From the NCBI RefSeq assembly GCF_018350175.1, contig NC_058368.1, positions 150,724,001 to 150,788,000 of the forward strand: 64,000 nt of DNA. The letters are read 5' to 3'. Every line of letters begins with the position of its first letter. Position 1 is the stretch's first letter. Positions 52,020-64,000 of this stretch are shown piece after piece. The notes under the pieces were generated by a model. The model was not told the origin of the DNA, searched no databases, and saw only the letters and a program-made list of their open reading frames with translations. The position numbers and the translations under genes are program-made. The stretch is from Felis catus (Eukaryota).

Positions 52020-52540
52020 GTGAGAGGGGCAGCTGCAGACAGACCCCCATCCCTTGCTGCTCCCCCCACTGCTCTGTAGCAGCGGCGATGTTCCGAGCAG
52101 CAGCCCTAGCGAAGGGCCAGAAAAAGAAACTCGAACGATGATGCCTTTGCACGCACTCCAACCTGAACCTGAGATTCCAGCCTATTTACGCTAGGAACCG
52201 ACAAAACAAAAACCCAAGGCTCAGCCATAACTGACATCTCAGAGCCAACACACACGCGCGCACACACACACACGCACACGCACACGCCACACCCCCTTCC
52301 CCTCCCTCCCTTCACCATGCTTCCCCTCCCTCCTCATCTCCCAGCTAAGCTTCTCTTCTGGCTCTCGACAAAATGCACCAGACCCCAAGGCCTGCTAATT
52401 TTCATTGCTCTCACTCTTGGAGGCAGCCCACACCGTCCTGCACGCTCCTTCATAGTCACCCTCAGCCCGGAGCCCGCATCCTTTCCCTGTGTCACATACA
52501 CTTGCTCTCACCGGCTCCCTCGCACACTATCAATTCACAT
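52020..52540. promoter_or_regulatory. CpG-enriched promoter/enhancer-like patch with (CA/CG)n and C/T-rich tracts
   Basis: Visible CpG excess relative to the flanks; alternating purine-pyrimidine tract 52248-52287 followed by CCCTT/CCCT repeats; no repeat origin evident. Confidence 0.4.
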
Positions 52541-55500
52541 GCACATTAGTTAGCTGAAAAGAGCCAGAGCACAAATATATTCATTTTAATCCAGTTAAGA
52601 CCTAAGAGGTCTCATAGGATATTATTCAATAGTTTGAGAATCAAGTATAAAACTCAGATTTTGCCACACTGTTTCATCTCAGAGAGGCCTACAGCCTGCC
52701 TTTCTTTCACTTTCCGCCTGCACATAATGTAAAAAAATAAAATAAAGTGATTAAAAAACAATCACAAGCAAGCCACCCTGTTCTAGGCAATCACTGTTCA
52801 AATATCATTATTTTGTCTTTTTTAAACGACCTGTTTCTCATACCCATGTACAAAGTCGGAAGAAAAATATCATACAAAGAAGGAAAAAAATATGAAGTCG
52901 CTACCTTTAAAAATTAAAAATGAGAAGACACAATCTCTTAATCTTATTTTTTCCACGTGAGAATTTTAAGACTTTTATAATCTTTCATCATTCATTTTTA
53001 CATGAGAATTTTAAGACCTCTGTTAAATGTATCTGAATATTTCCTGATTGCTTTAGTGGTGATTTTCTGTGCAATTGTGCTCTGTCTTTGTGCGGGTTGA
53101 GGCCCTGTGTCTTGCTTCTTCCTGGAACAGCCATTTCTCGTTAGCCCAGTCTTGGTTGGTGTACCACTCTCTCAGCCTCCTAAAGTTGGATAAAGCCAGG
53201 ATCTAGTGCCTGAAGTATTTTCTTTGAATTTGCTCTAGTTAGAGTGGTCCCTGATGAGGGTGCGGACTTTGTTAACTCACTTGAGATCCTAGTCTACCTA
53301 GCATCTCAAAACTGCTGAGAAGGGAGACAAATTCTTTCTATAGGATCAGAGAAAGGATTACTAACCTCCAAACAGGAAGTACAAATATACACCCATAATT
53401 AATAAAACAAAACAGCCCAGCCTCTTTCTCAAGATAATTTTTCTTGGAATTAAAAAAAAAATTAAAAAAATACATTTCCTGGTCAATTTTAATATCTAAA
53501 CAATGCCCAGAGGTGACACTTTGGAACAGAAAATAAAGTGAGTGTATTTGGTTATTGTTTCATATGGCAATCCCAAAATCTGCATTTTTCTTGAAAATAA
53601 ATCTGACCACCTAAATTTCAATGGTGTGGAAGTTTTTAGATTATAAGCATTTTCATCAATAATGTATGCATTATTCATTTTAATGATAGGATGTTTAGCT
53701 TATTTTACTCTGTAAGTAGTGCTTTTCATTTTCGTGATGTCTTAAACCAGAATATTTAGAAAATATTAATTGATAATTACCACAAGTCACTGAATCAATA
53801 TTTCTGGTTTCTCCTTTAAAAAGCCAAAAAAATTGAAGCATTCATATATAAATTAACAGAAATTTAACTTTCAAAAGATGGCTAGAGACCAAAAAATATT
53901 ATGGCTTTTAAGCCCAAGAAAGAAAAAATACACAATTTACATTTTTTCAGTGCTTTTGCTTAACATTTTTTCATTAGCTTTTCCTTCATTAGAATTTATG
54001 ATCCATGTCCATCATTACACTTTCACATCTCTGATTTCTGTTAAATTTTCTAACAAAGGTTAATAAATATAAAGGAGTAAAAAGGTCTATTTACTTTCAT
54101 CTGAAGTGCTCAATATTTCAAGGTTATTTGTATTTGCATGTAAATTTTTCCATGTTCTAATTTAAATTATCAAAATTTGAGTGGAATTAATTCTGTTTGG
54201 ACTTAGGAAGTAACAGGGATTTTTTTTTTTTAAGAAATTGAACAATGTGATTTTGCTAAATTATAACATTTTCTTGGTGTTGGGCCATCTAACATTCTCT
54301 CTAGCATGGCACAATTTGGGCTTCACATTTATGGAAGGAAAAGGGTTGGGGGGAGAAGGATATATATTTGGAATGGTGTTTGACAGGGGGAATGAACGCA
54401 GACACCAGAACAATTATATTACAATCCCATTGGGAATGCCAGCACCAAATTTAGCCAGACTGATGGGGTACTGTCTAGACGGTCCCTTTTGTGTATCAGC
54501 TGTTTTTTCCCTGCTTTATTGCACTGCCTGAATGTGTGAGTTGAAAATGCATATGGATCCCCAACATAACCATTCCTGCAACTATACATTGCTATTAAAC
54601 TTCCTCTCATTTGGCTGAGAATCAAGGATTGTGTATTCCTACTGTATTTCCTTTACAATATTTTGTAATTAAAATGCAGCTTCCAGAACTAGTGGTTTAA
54701 CAAAGCTTCTAAGACAAAGTAGAAGGTGCCTAGGCTGTTTTATTATATGACAAAATAAATGTACTAGGTAAACATTTCTATCTCCTCAAACATGTCCACC
54801 TCTTTTCTACACAAGTTAAAGAAAGCCAGGAAGAAAAGAAATAAAACAATGAGAAGAAAAAGGCATAGCACATGTAAATTACCACCTTTCCTTTTGAAAA
54901 GGGCAAGGATAGAAAGAAAGAATATTTATTAAATGTTTACAGTGTAATTAATTGCAGTGTGTGTGGTTTTCCTTTTTTTTCTTTTTTTTTTCTTTTCTTT
55001 CTCTCTATTTGGTAAACCAAATAGAGTTCAGTAATCAGGGTTCTTGTGAGGGCTTAGAAATAGATTCTCAAACTCTTTTAAATACATGTTTACAAGATTA
55101 CTTTAGTGTTATTGGGCAGATAGGAAATCCCAGAGACCTTTCACATCTGGGCAACTGTCAGGATTTTGTTTTGTTTGTCAAGATAGTGCAGGAAGGTTAC
55201 TTCTTACTTATGTCTGATTACAGTCTCCACACAAAACACTCATTGTTCAAAGGAGCAAGAAGGCACCCCTAAATAGGATACATTCCATGGGTGATAGGTA
55301 CTAAGGTTGGATGCCTTTGCTAACAACCAAGAATTTGAAATGAGCACAAATTAATTATTCCAATGAGAAAGTGAGAAATAGAAAAACACATAATGCTCAT
55401 CAAAGTAGGTATCAGATCTACCTTTGTCTACGAAAGGTTAATCAGCAACTTTTGTCTACAGTCGCCAAGAATTGAAAGGTATAAGAAGTTGGAATTCCAC

Positions 55501-58500
55501 CAAATACATCAGTATAAATAAAAATCAGGGCACAAATGAACCCACTGTTTAGAGAAGAGAACCCCATGTTTCATAGCGCAGATAACTTCTATTAATATGC
55601 ACACACAAGCAGGAATTCTATATTCCATTTGCTGTAATTTTTTTCCCTTAACAAAAAGAGAAATGGTAAAAGTGTTTGCCCTTATTAAGGAAAACAAAAG
55701 CAAAGGTAAAGTTGGTGATAGAAAAAAAAAATTAATAGATACATTCTGATTTCTTGAGCTCAATTTTGTCAGTGACTAAATGATGGAATTTGGATTTAAA
55801 AAATTTTCCATACCTTACCCCTGGAATTCAATAACCACCACCTACTAAGAACAATGAAGATTTTATCCATCTTTTGAGGACTGTGCGTTGAAGAAGGCTA
55901 GAGGAAAGAGAAAGTAAATTTTATTCCCAATTTTAATGAACAGGAAAAGGCTAGAAATCACCTCCTTTTTGCTTTGAAACATCAGATTACAAATCAACCA
56001 TCATAAAATATGATGATGGACACAGGATTGGGGAAACTTCCTGGTTGGCAGAGGTTATGAGTCTTGACCAACTGACATTGAACATGGAGACCTTAGGTTG
56101 CACTTGTAGGTATCGATGCTAACAAACTCTGAGGCCTAAGTTTGGTATGACTGAGAAAAAGAAAATACAACCAAAGGCAGTGACAGAGAGCAAAAGGAAC
56201 CAAGACTGGGAAATAAGCAAGCAAGAGAAAAATGAGGTGGGCTGGGGGAGAGCGGTGGTTGGGGGTGGCGTGCAGGGTGAGTGAGAAAGAAAGAGCAAAG
56301 AATGAATATTCTAAGCATTGTTTTAATCTAAAACAGAGATGCTTCCAGGAGAATGCATTTCAATGGAGCTGAGCCAAAAATAATTATAGAGATTTTCTTG
56401 TTTTGTTTTGTGAATGAAGAGCATCTCTTTTCTCTGGAGATGCGAGAGAGAAAGGACCAGAGCCAAGAGATTGAAGTGATGCCCCTCTGCCCCTTTGCTT
56501 CCACACAGCACAGTAGCAGACCTTTCTTTCTTCCCTTTTCCAAAAGCTATTGGCACTGGATTGTGCTAGGAAGAGAGGGAAGTGGCAGCAGGCCCTCAGA
56601 CCTAGCTGGGTTTTCTATTCTAACAATAGCTTGTTTACTCTGATAAGGCTGAAGTATTGAAATTGGAAGCGAGATTGGGGTGGGGGGGGGCAGAGATACA
56701 TATTTTAGGTTCTAGAAATAAAACTGAGCTATTTACAACTAAGAATATTCCCCTGTTTGAGATACTTGAAACTTCCCTTGGGGTTTGTTTTACCAATTAC
56801 ATTTGTTTCCTTGTTTTTCATCATCAATAGCAAGCTACTACAGGAAATAAAGTATTCTCTCAATTTTCCTCCATTTTTTTCTGTGATGTAAAAATCTTTA
56901 TCTTGGAGCCTTTTTTACAGGGAAAAAATTGTCATATGTTAAAATAGCTTGGGCTGTGACTGAATTTTTTGTGAAAGCAACATACTATACTCTTCATGAA
57001 AACTGGAAGAAAAAATTTTAGACTAATATGAAACATACAGGATCGGGGGGAGAAACCCACCAACATTAACAGACTTTGGGGAGGATGGAAGTAATTATAA
57101 CTCAGAACTAATACCTAAAGACTGTTCATTTTCTTAAGTCAAATTGATTTGCGTACAAATCACACTATTAAGTACTGTCTGAACCTGAATACTCTCTCCA
57201 AATCTCTTATTTTAGCTGTTGTGCCACGCTAATGTCCCTGTTGTCATTTTTGTCATTCATAGATGTTAATTCTACAAGTAGGTTTAAGGTACCACTTTTA
57301 TCTTTGTATTACCTGAATTTTTAAAAAGCAATTTCAGAAACCTAAGAACCAGTTCCTTTCCTCCACATCATATTTCACAGCTTGTAAAAACTGACATTCA
57401 TTCTTCATAAATATTTGACCTGTTAAATTGAACAATTTTGGCATCCAGTAGAATAGCATAGCGAGCTTAACGGGTTAACACCATATAGGTAGACTTAACG
57501 GGTTAACATCAAAATGACCTTGATGTGAATTTAAAACAAGAAAAACTATTTGTGTTGCATTAGTAGTCAAGATTATCTTTTGGCTTAAGTATAAACATCT
57601 TAGATAGTAGCAAAAATGGATATAATTTTCTTAAAAACTTTTACATGTTAAAATTGTTCTGTTTTTTCTGTCAAAAAACTATCGAAATGTATAGGAGATG
57701 GCAGTAAAGTTGTATAATTCTATTATGTTGTTAAGGGGTTTTTTTTTATTTCTTAAAGATGGAAAATATCTTCATGTACATGGGACTTTATTTAGGGATT
57801 TTCAAAACATGTTTTAAATGTCACTGTGAATATATTGTGTAAATCTATGAATATGAGTTTTATAAATCCACATTTAATTTAATTAATCATATTGATTCAC
57901 TTGACATTTTTCTTCTCCTAAATCTCCCTTTCCTTTTTTTCCCCCAATCTCTCTATTAAAAGCAATTCATTCACAGTGGTAGACTAATTTTTGAAGCAGA
58001 TTTTACAAAATAAAACCGACGATGGTTTTGGAAGAACTTTTAAAAGCATTCAACTTAAATTTGTTAGAAGTGGTTAAAATGATTATTTAAGAATTCAAAG
58101 TACTTAATCACACTAATCTTAACATTATATTTAAAACCCAATACCCCAAATGAGCAGATCTACTTTTTTAAAAGAGCACTTGTTAATATTAAATAATCAG
58201 AAAAATCATTAACATGCTTTAAAGCAAAACAAGCGATGAGATTAGCAACAAATGTTTATTTTGCCAAGTTTTAAAAGAAAACTTTACCCCTTTTAAAATA
58301 AAATAACTTGTAAAAGAGCAAAATATTTAGTGATATTTAGGATCTATTAAAAACCCCAATATACACAATTTGAGAATATATATTTGATTTTACTGCATCG
58401 TTGAAATTGTCAATGGAAAATATTAGTCTAGCAAAACATTTAGAATATGGTGTATAATAATTTATTATTAAAGGCAAAGTGATATACCACACCAACATAT

Positions 58501-61354
58501 GCATTTACTATCAAGCTCTAGAACTAATTAGGAAATGAAGAGATAACGACAGATTTACAATTGATAGGTGTCCCAAAGACATTAGTAATAATAAGTAAGC
58601 TAAAATGAATACAGAGCCCTAGGTACATGCATCAAGGTTTCTACGTTTCCTAAGAGTATATAGATACATGTGTACAGATATGCTAAATGCAGATGTATTT
58701 GTCATTTATTTGCACTGGTCATCACATTATAAAATGGATTTTTAAAGGTCCTATCTTGACCAGTTCTTTCCTAGCCCCAAATTACTAAACCAGTTTCAAA
58801 GCTTTGCTCAGAAAAGTTATATTTCACTTAAAACCAACCACAGATATTGCCCCAAAGGAAGTCTTGTTTGCTTGTTCTTTTCATTTTGTAGTGGTATGTA
58901 TGGAGTCCAACAAGCAACTGTGGGGGGCGGGGAGGGGGAGGAAGCAGCAAGAAGCAATCAAAAGGATTAGGATGGAAACTTCCTCAAGCTTCACGGGCTT
59001 GTTTGCTGGCCACAGATGCCATTATGGTGTATAGATAAGATATGTTTAATATGAAGACTTTAAAAAGAGCCTTCACACTCCTGAAAATTCAGAGGCAAAG
59101 CCGAGCCTCTTTCTTTAGCCCATATACTTCACTACATTGGCCCAGGAAGCCTGGCTAAAGATAGTTTCATCCAGCTCACATGCTTGGGTTTTGTCACTTC
59201 ATGTCATAACCTCCACATTACTTAAATGTAGTTTTAAAATGTGTTAAACGGAAATGCTGATATAAGCCTAAATGTAGCTGCACTTGCTGTTTCTGCTCTA
59301 AGTTCATTCATGGTAGTGGATTTAGTTAAAGGGCCCAGAACAGCCATGCTTAACATTAGGGAAACAAAATCCTCTTGGCTTCAATGGGGGCTAGGTATAT
59401 GTCAGAGCAGTGGGGACTCACTGTAGATATTTGAGATAAGTACCTTCTGTAGAAACGTACACATTTCGTTGATGTCCCATATAATGTGAAGAAAAATATG
59501 CTGCATTACAAATAAAGCCCCATTAGCTTTTTTTTTTTTTTTGATACTAAATGCTTTTGTATATATCTTGGACACAGAGAATATGCAATAACATTTATGA
59601 TAGTAATAGCTGACTCCAAATAAGAATGGCTAGTGATCCTAGGTGTCTATTGAATCATAATCAAGGACTACCTGGTAAGCATTAAGTGACAATAAAGGGT
59701 ATTCTTACTAAAATATTAGATGAATTGATAATAAAGAAAATGGTCATTTTGACAGAAAAGCCAACAGAAAATAGCAGTAATTATGTGTGCCTTGTACACG
59801 AGCACACTGCATTACATGCAGTATGCAATGTGCTATTATAAAAAAAAAAAAAAAGCATGGTACCTCTTCTGGATGATACAGCTGCATTAGGAAGTTTTAT
59901 AGAATGGCTTATTTTCCAGAACACAACATTTAGCTTTTCCACATGCTCTTTTGGTAGAATTTCTCCTCCCAGTTAAAAACTGGTTTTCATCACACAACTG
60001 CATAATTATTTTTCTGCAACTAGCGATAATTACTTGTTTTGTGTATCTCTACTAGAGTGATTCAGTGTTTGCTGTTCTACCTCATAAAATGCATCTGTAT
60101 TAGAGGCATGTGAAAAGGAGTATTGACCTTATATAATATATTGCTATATTGGTAGGGGCACACAGCGCTAATTCTTTGTAAGAGGCACAAAAGTCTATAT
60201 TGCTTTGAGTTTTCCTTTTTGAATGCTATGTGAGTTTTCTGACTAAAGCATAAAACTGGAGGTAACTGAAGACAAGAAACCTCACAACATGGAAATTACT
60301 CAGTACACAAAGAAATTCCCTCTCAGATAAATGTACAATGGGTGGCTGAATAAAAAAGGCCGTTGGAGGGATTTGTTGATAGTGGCATCACAGAAAACTC
60401 TGGAATCAGTGTTTGTGAGATTTGTCACACCAAAAAATCAAGAACGGATTCCAAATCATTCAAGAATATCTCATCATTTTATGTCACTCACAAAGCCCTC
60501 CACAAATAAAAATGAAAATTAAGCAGAGCCCCTCCTGCCAGTCTTTTTATCTTACAACAGCCTTTCTCTTTCTCTCTTTTCCTTCCAACTCTTATTTGTC
60601 TGAGGTTCTCCTTTCTTTCAAGTTTTCTTTAATCCTTGCTTTCCCCATGTCCCTGTTTAGTCTTATTCACCAGTGATGCCAACAAAAATAAACAGTCTGT
60701 TTAAAACAAGTGAGTCAATGCCAAAAAAGACATGATTGGTGTGTAGCTTATTTGTTATTTTTATTTTTTAGTGAAACTACACCTGTGGCATTGTCTTACT
60801 TAATTTTTTCTTATCATTTAAAAAACACAACACAAAGAAAATAGCAGAGAATTGAAGGGCTATTTAATGTCTTTGGATTTATTTATAAATATATGTAATG
60901 TTAAATGCAGCGAAATCCTTGTGAGACTACTTTCGTGCTTACTGATCCCAGGGTGCAGAAAGAATTAGCTTATCCAGGAAAACTCAAAGTCATAATTAGT
61001 CTTGTGAATTATAATAATCGGGTCTCATCCTACATTTCTTTCTCATGTGGTACTCCCAGTGGGAGTTCTGCATGAAAAAGGACTACAGGATTGGGCATTA
61101 ATAATGGTATACCTGCGAAATATGAGCATTTTCCTACAGTGCCAATCAATGAAATTAGAAATCTGCCCCGTCTCAGTCCTATGCCCTTCAACCAATTAGA
61201 AGATTAACATCAACAGATTTTTCAAATTTCAAAAGGAAATTTTATTCTTAGTTTTAAAAATACCTCTTAAAATTATAAAATAAAACAGAAGTTTTTCCCC
61301 CTAATGAAATATATCTTTCACTCCTGACTTACAGGTATAAGGCTGTAATTAATA

Positions 61355-61601
61355 TTTTTATTTTTTAATTTTTATTTATTGTTTTAAATTTTTTCTTAAC
61401 ATTTATTTATCTTTGAGAGAGAGAGAGAGAAAGAGAAAGTGGGGAGAGGCAGAGAGAGAGAGGGAGACACAGAATCCGAAGCAGGCTCCAGGCTCAGAGC
61501 TGGCAACACAGAGCCCGACACGGGGCTAGAACTCATGAACCCCAAGATCATGACCCGAGCTGAAGTCATACACCCAACTGACTGAGCCACCCCGGCACCC
61601 C
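61355..61601 (-). mobile_element. Can-SINE (young, CpGs retained)
   Basis: Complete SINE: CAGAATCCGAAGCAGGCTCCAGGCTC...TGAGCCACCCCGGCACCCC. Confidence 0.95.
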
Positions 61602-61964
61602 TAATCTTTATTTTTAAAAAGTTACCAATGCTTACATTTTGGATAATTTCCTCAAACAGATGGAAACAAAAGAGCAAGTAAGGAAAGAATCCACGAAACT
61701 CAGGAAAAAGCTTTAAGTAACTTGAAGTTTCTCAGATCAGCTATTTTTCCTAAACTGTTTCCTCAGGGTTGACTGACAGAGATGACCGATGGTTTTAGTA
61801 CACAGACCTAGCCTAAATTCAAGAAAAAAAAGGGTAATAGTTTACCAATCCTGAGGTGTTTATATTTTGTCACAGAAATACTTCGTATATGATTTACATT
61901 AGGATGAACTAGGCTTAAAAAAGTAGGCAGAACTCAATCACAACTGTACATGCATCTAAAGTCT

Positions 61965-62620
61965 AACTTGCATGGCTCTACCTTCAACAGGTGAATGAAT
62001 AAACACCATAGTATATTAAAACAATGGACTACTACACAGCAATATAAAAAAATGAATCACTGACACATTTTGCAATATGGAAGGATTGCAACCTAAATAT
62101 GCTGAGAGAAGCTAGAAAAAAAAGAGTACAAATTATTTATATAATAGTCTAGGAAATTCAAATTAATATATAGTGACAGAAAGCTGACTGGTAATTGTCT
62201 GAAGGAGTGATCAAGAGGTGGGAATTAGAAAGAGGTATAAGAAAACTTTCAGGAGTGATGGATGTATTCACTGTCTTGACTATGGTGATGGTTTCACAGT
62301 TGTATACAAATGGAAAAACTTAAAGAATTATACAGTTAAGGGGTGCCTGGGCATCTCAGTTAAGTGTCTGATTCTTGATTTCAGCTCCAGTCATGATCTC
62401 ACGGTTGATGGGTTTGAGCCCTGCATCAGGCTCTGCACTGACTGTGCGGAGCCTGCTTGGGATTTTCTCTTGTCTCCCTCTTTCTCTCTTCCCCTCCTGT
62501 GTGCGCTCGCTCTCTCTCTCTCTCTCTCTCAAAATAAATAAATAAACTTTATGAAATAATTACACAGTTAAAAATAAGAAGTTTGTTATATGTTCATTTT
62601 ACCTCAATAAAGCTGTTAAA
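61965..62620 (+). mobile_element. Old L1ME-type 3' fragment interrupted by a SINE
   Basis: CAACAGGTGAATGAATAAAC...TATAGTGACAGAAAGC...GTGATGGTTTCACAG...TACCTCAATAAAGCTGTTAAAA. Confidence 0.7.
62340..62552 (+). mobile_element. Can-SINE
   Basis: Complete SINE; TSD AATTATACAGTTAA / AATTACACAGTTAA. Confidence 0.94.
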
Positions 62621-64000
62621 AGTAAATGAACTGATTAGAATGGATATAGCAACCAATCACCAATCAGAATGGATACACCAATCAGAATTTGAACAATAGG
62701 TTTCAGGATTATCCAGGTAATTGGGACCATTTAGTTGACCATGAAGTATGTAGAGATTGGGATGGCCCTCTTCATCCCCTCCCTGATGTTTATGACCCCT
62801 GGAAAGCCATTTTCCACCTTCTCTTGCTAAAGCCAATACAATTAGGAATAACGTGAGCATCACAACTTTTACATTCTACCTCGAACAGTGCCACAGGCCA
62901 TGTGACTTAGGACAGGTGACAAAACTAATGTCACAATATTACTCGACAATTGTTTGCAGTAGAGGTAAACTGCAATATATTTTCTTCTAGAGTAAATGGG
63001 ATCCATCTAGAAAGTATTTCAGTTTTATAATTGTCTATTTTGCCATACCATCTCTATAAAGATTTTATCCTCCCTTTTTTTGCTATCATGCACGTGATAA
63101 AAATGGAGTGGGAAGGCGAAATTGGGGATACTGTTATCAAAACAACATGAATGACCCAAAGATATCTGTCTCAGGTAGATAGCCTATGTGACATGATCAA
63201 TTTCAACTCAATTCAGCAAAAATTTATTAAAATACACTGTAAGGTACAAAATCACCATATTCCAAAATCACTCTATCCTGGAATGGAGGACAACTGGCTG
63301 AATGCCTTGTGTAGAATAAAGGATTAAGATAACTCCAGGTTATTATTTTTAACTGTTCTATTTTATTTATAGTGAATGTTGTGTTTATTTACTTACAACT
63401 GAATTTTTAGATGCATAACTTGAGTTTGACGAGAGCCCATCTCAGGGACAGAGAAAGAAATAGTCCTCCACAGTTTTTAAGACTCTCAGTGACTAAACTG
63501 AAAGAAAAACATATGGGGGGAAAAACTGGAAGCAAATTGAATACATGTGCAAAAGTGACATTTTACTAAAAGAACATGCTTAAAACTGGGTTTCTTGAAC
63601 ATATGTCAATGAAATTGAAAATGAAATGTAGTCAGTGAGTAGAATGTATTTCTGAATGCAGAAGAACACGTGTGTTACATTACCTGAAATGGAAACGTTT
63701 TTTCATCTTGTCCCACTATGATTTTTTTATCCTAATTTTAGAGATACGATATTAAAAATATGTTAAAGAAAACAATTCTGTTTAGGGATTTATGTACATT
63801 TTAGTCTTTAAAAATCTCCATCGTTTTGCCAGGGTCAATCCTCACATCTCATAGATTTCCAAATTAAAATTTGCAAAATGAAAAATGTGCCACTGATCTT
63901 GGATTTAAACTCATAACTTATGTTAGTATGTAGCTAATTCTTGAATTTTAAACCTGTGTACAACAGCTATGGTTAAATATTTTTCTGATGTTTTTTCAAA

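Noticed and set aside
43895..56285. Consensus splice sites (plus donors ~46853 and ~56277, acceptor ~49275; minus donors ~43904, ~44688 and ~50571)
   Set aside because: Such matches are frequent by chance and could not be joined into a supported exon chain without transcript data.
57466..57508. Repeat-spacer-repeat as a mini CRISPR array
   Set aside because: Only two 15-bp units with a 13-bp spacer, in mammalian DNA with no cas genes.
4263..61677. Recurrent MAQSVK.../...SLSLSLKNK ORFs as a small-protein family
   Set aside because: They are translations of Can-SINE copies from GTG starts.

Overview
Mammalian carnivore DNA, almost certainly feliform (cat-like), judged from about 20 Can-SINE/SINEC_Fc-type elements and carnivore-type L1 3' ends. 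It is intergenic or intronic. I see no intact protein-coding gene, RNA gene or CRISPR array, and the ORF track is essentially repeat-derived or spurious. The only recognisable gene-derived sequence is a decayed processed RPS24 pseudogene (11461-~12005, +), which captured the 22-nt microexon splice form. The first ~41.5 kb is a dense record of nested transposition: a twin-primed (5'-inverted) L1, an HAL1 split by an old L1, an RPS24 retrocopy, a SINE triplet made by unequal crossover, MaLR/ERV LTRs, and MER58/MER5/MER44 DNA transposons. From ~41.5 to ~61.3 kb there is no Can-SINE or recognisable young L1, and there are transcription-factor motifs including a near-consensus SOX-OCT composite and a CpG-enriched promoter-like patch. 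This suggests a constrained regulatory or lncRNA block near a developmental gene (inference). I found no convincing evidence of a new biological system. Repeat subfamily names come from recall of consensus features and need RepeatMasker/Dfam confirmation; boundaries of old repeats are approximate.
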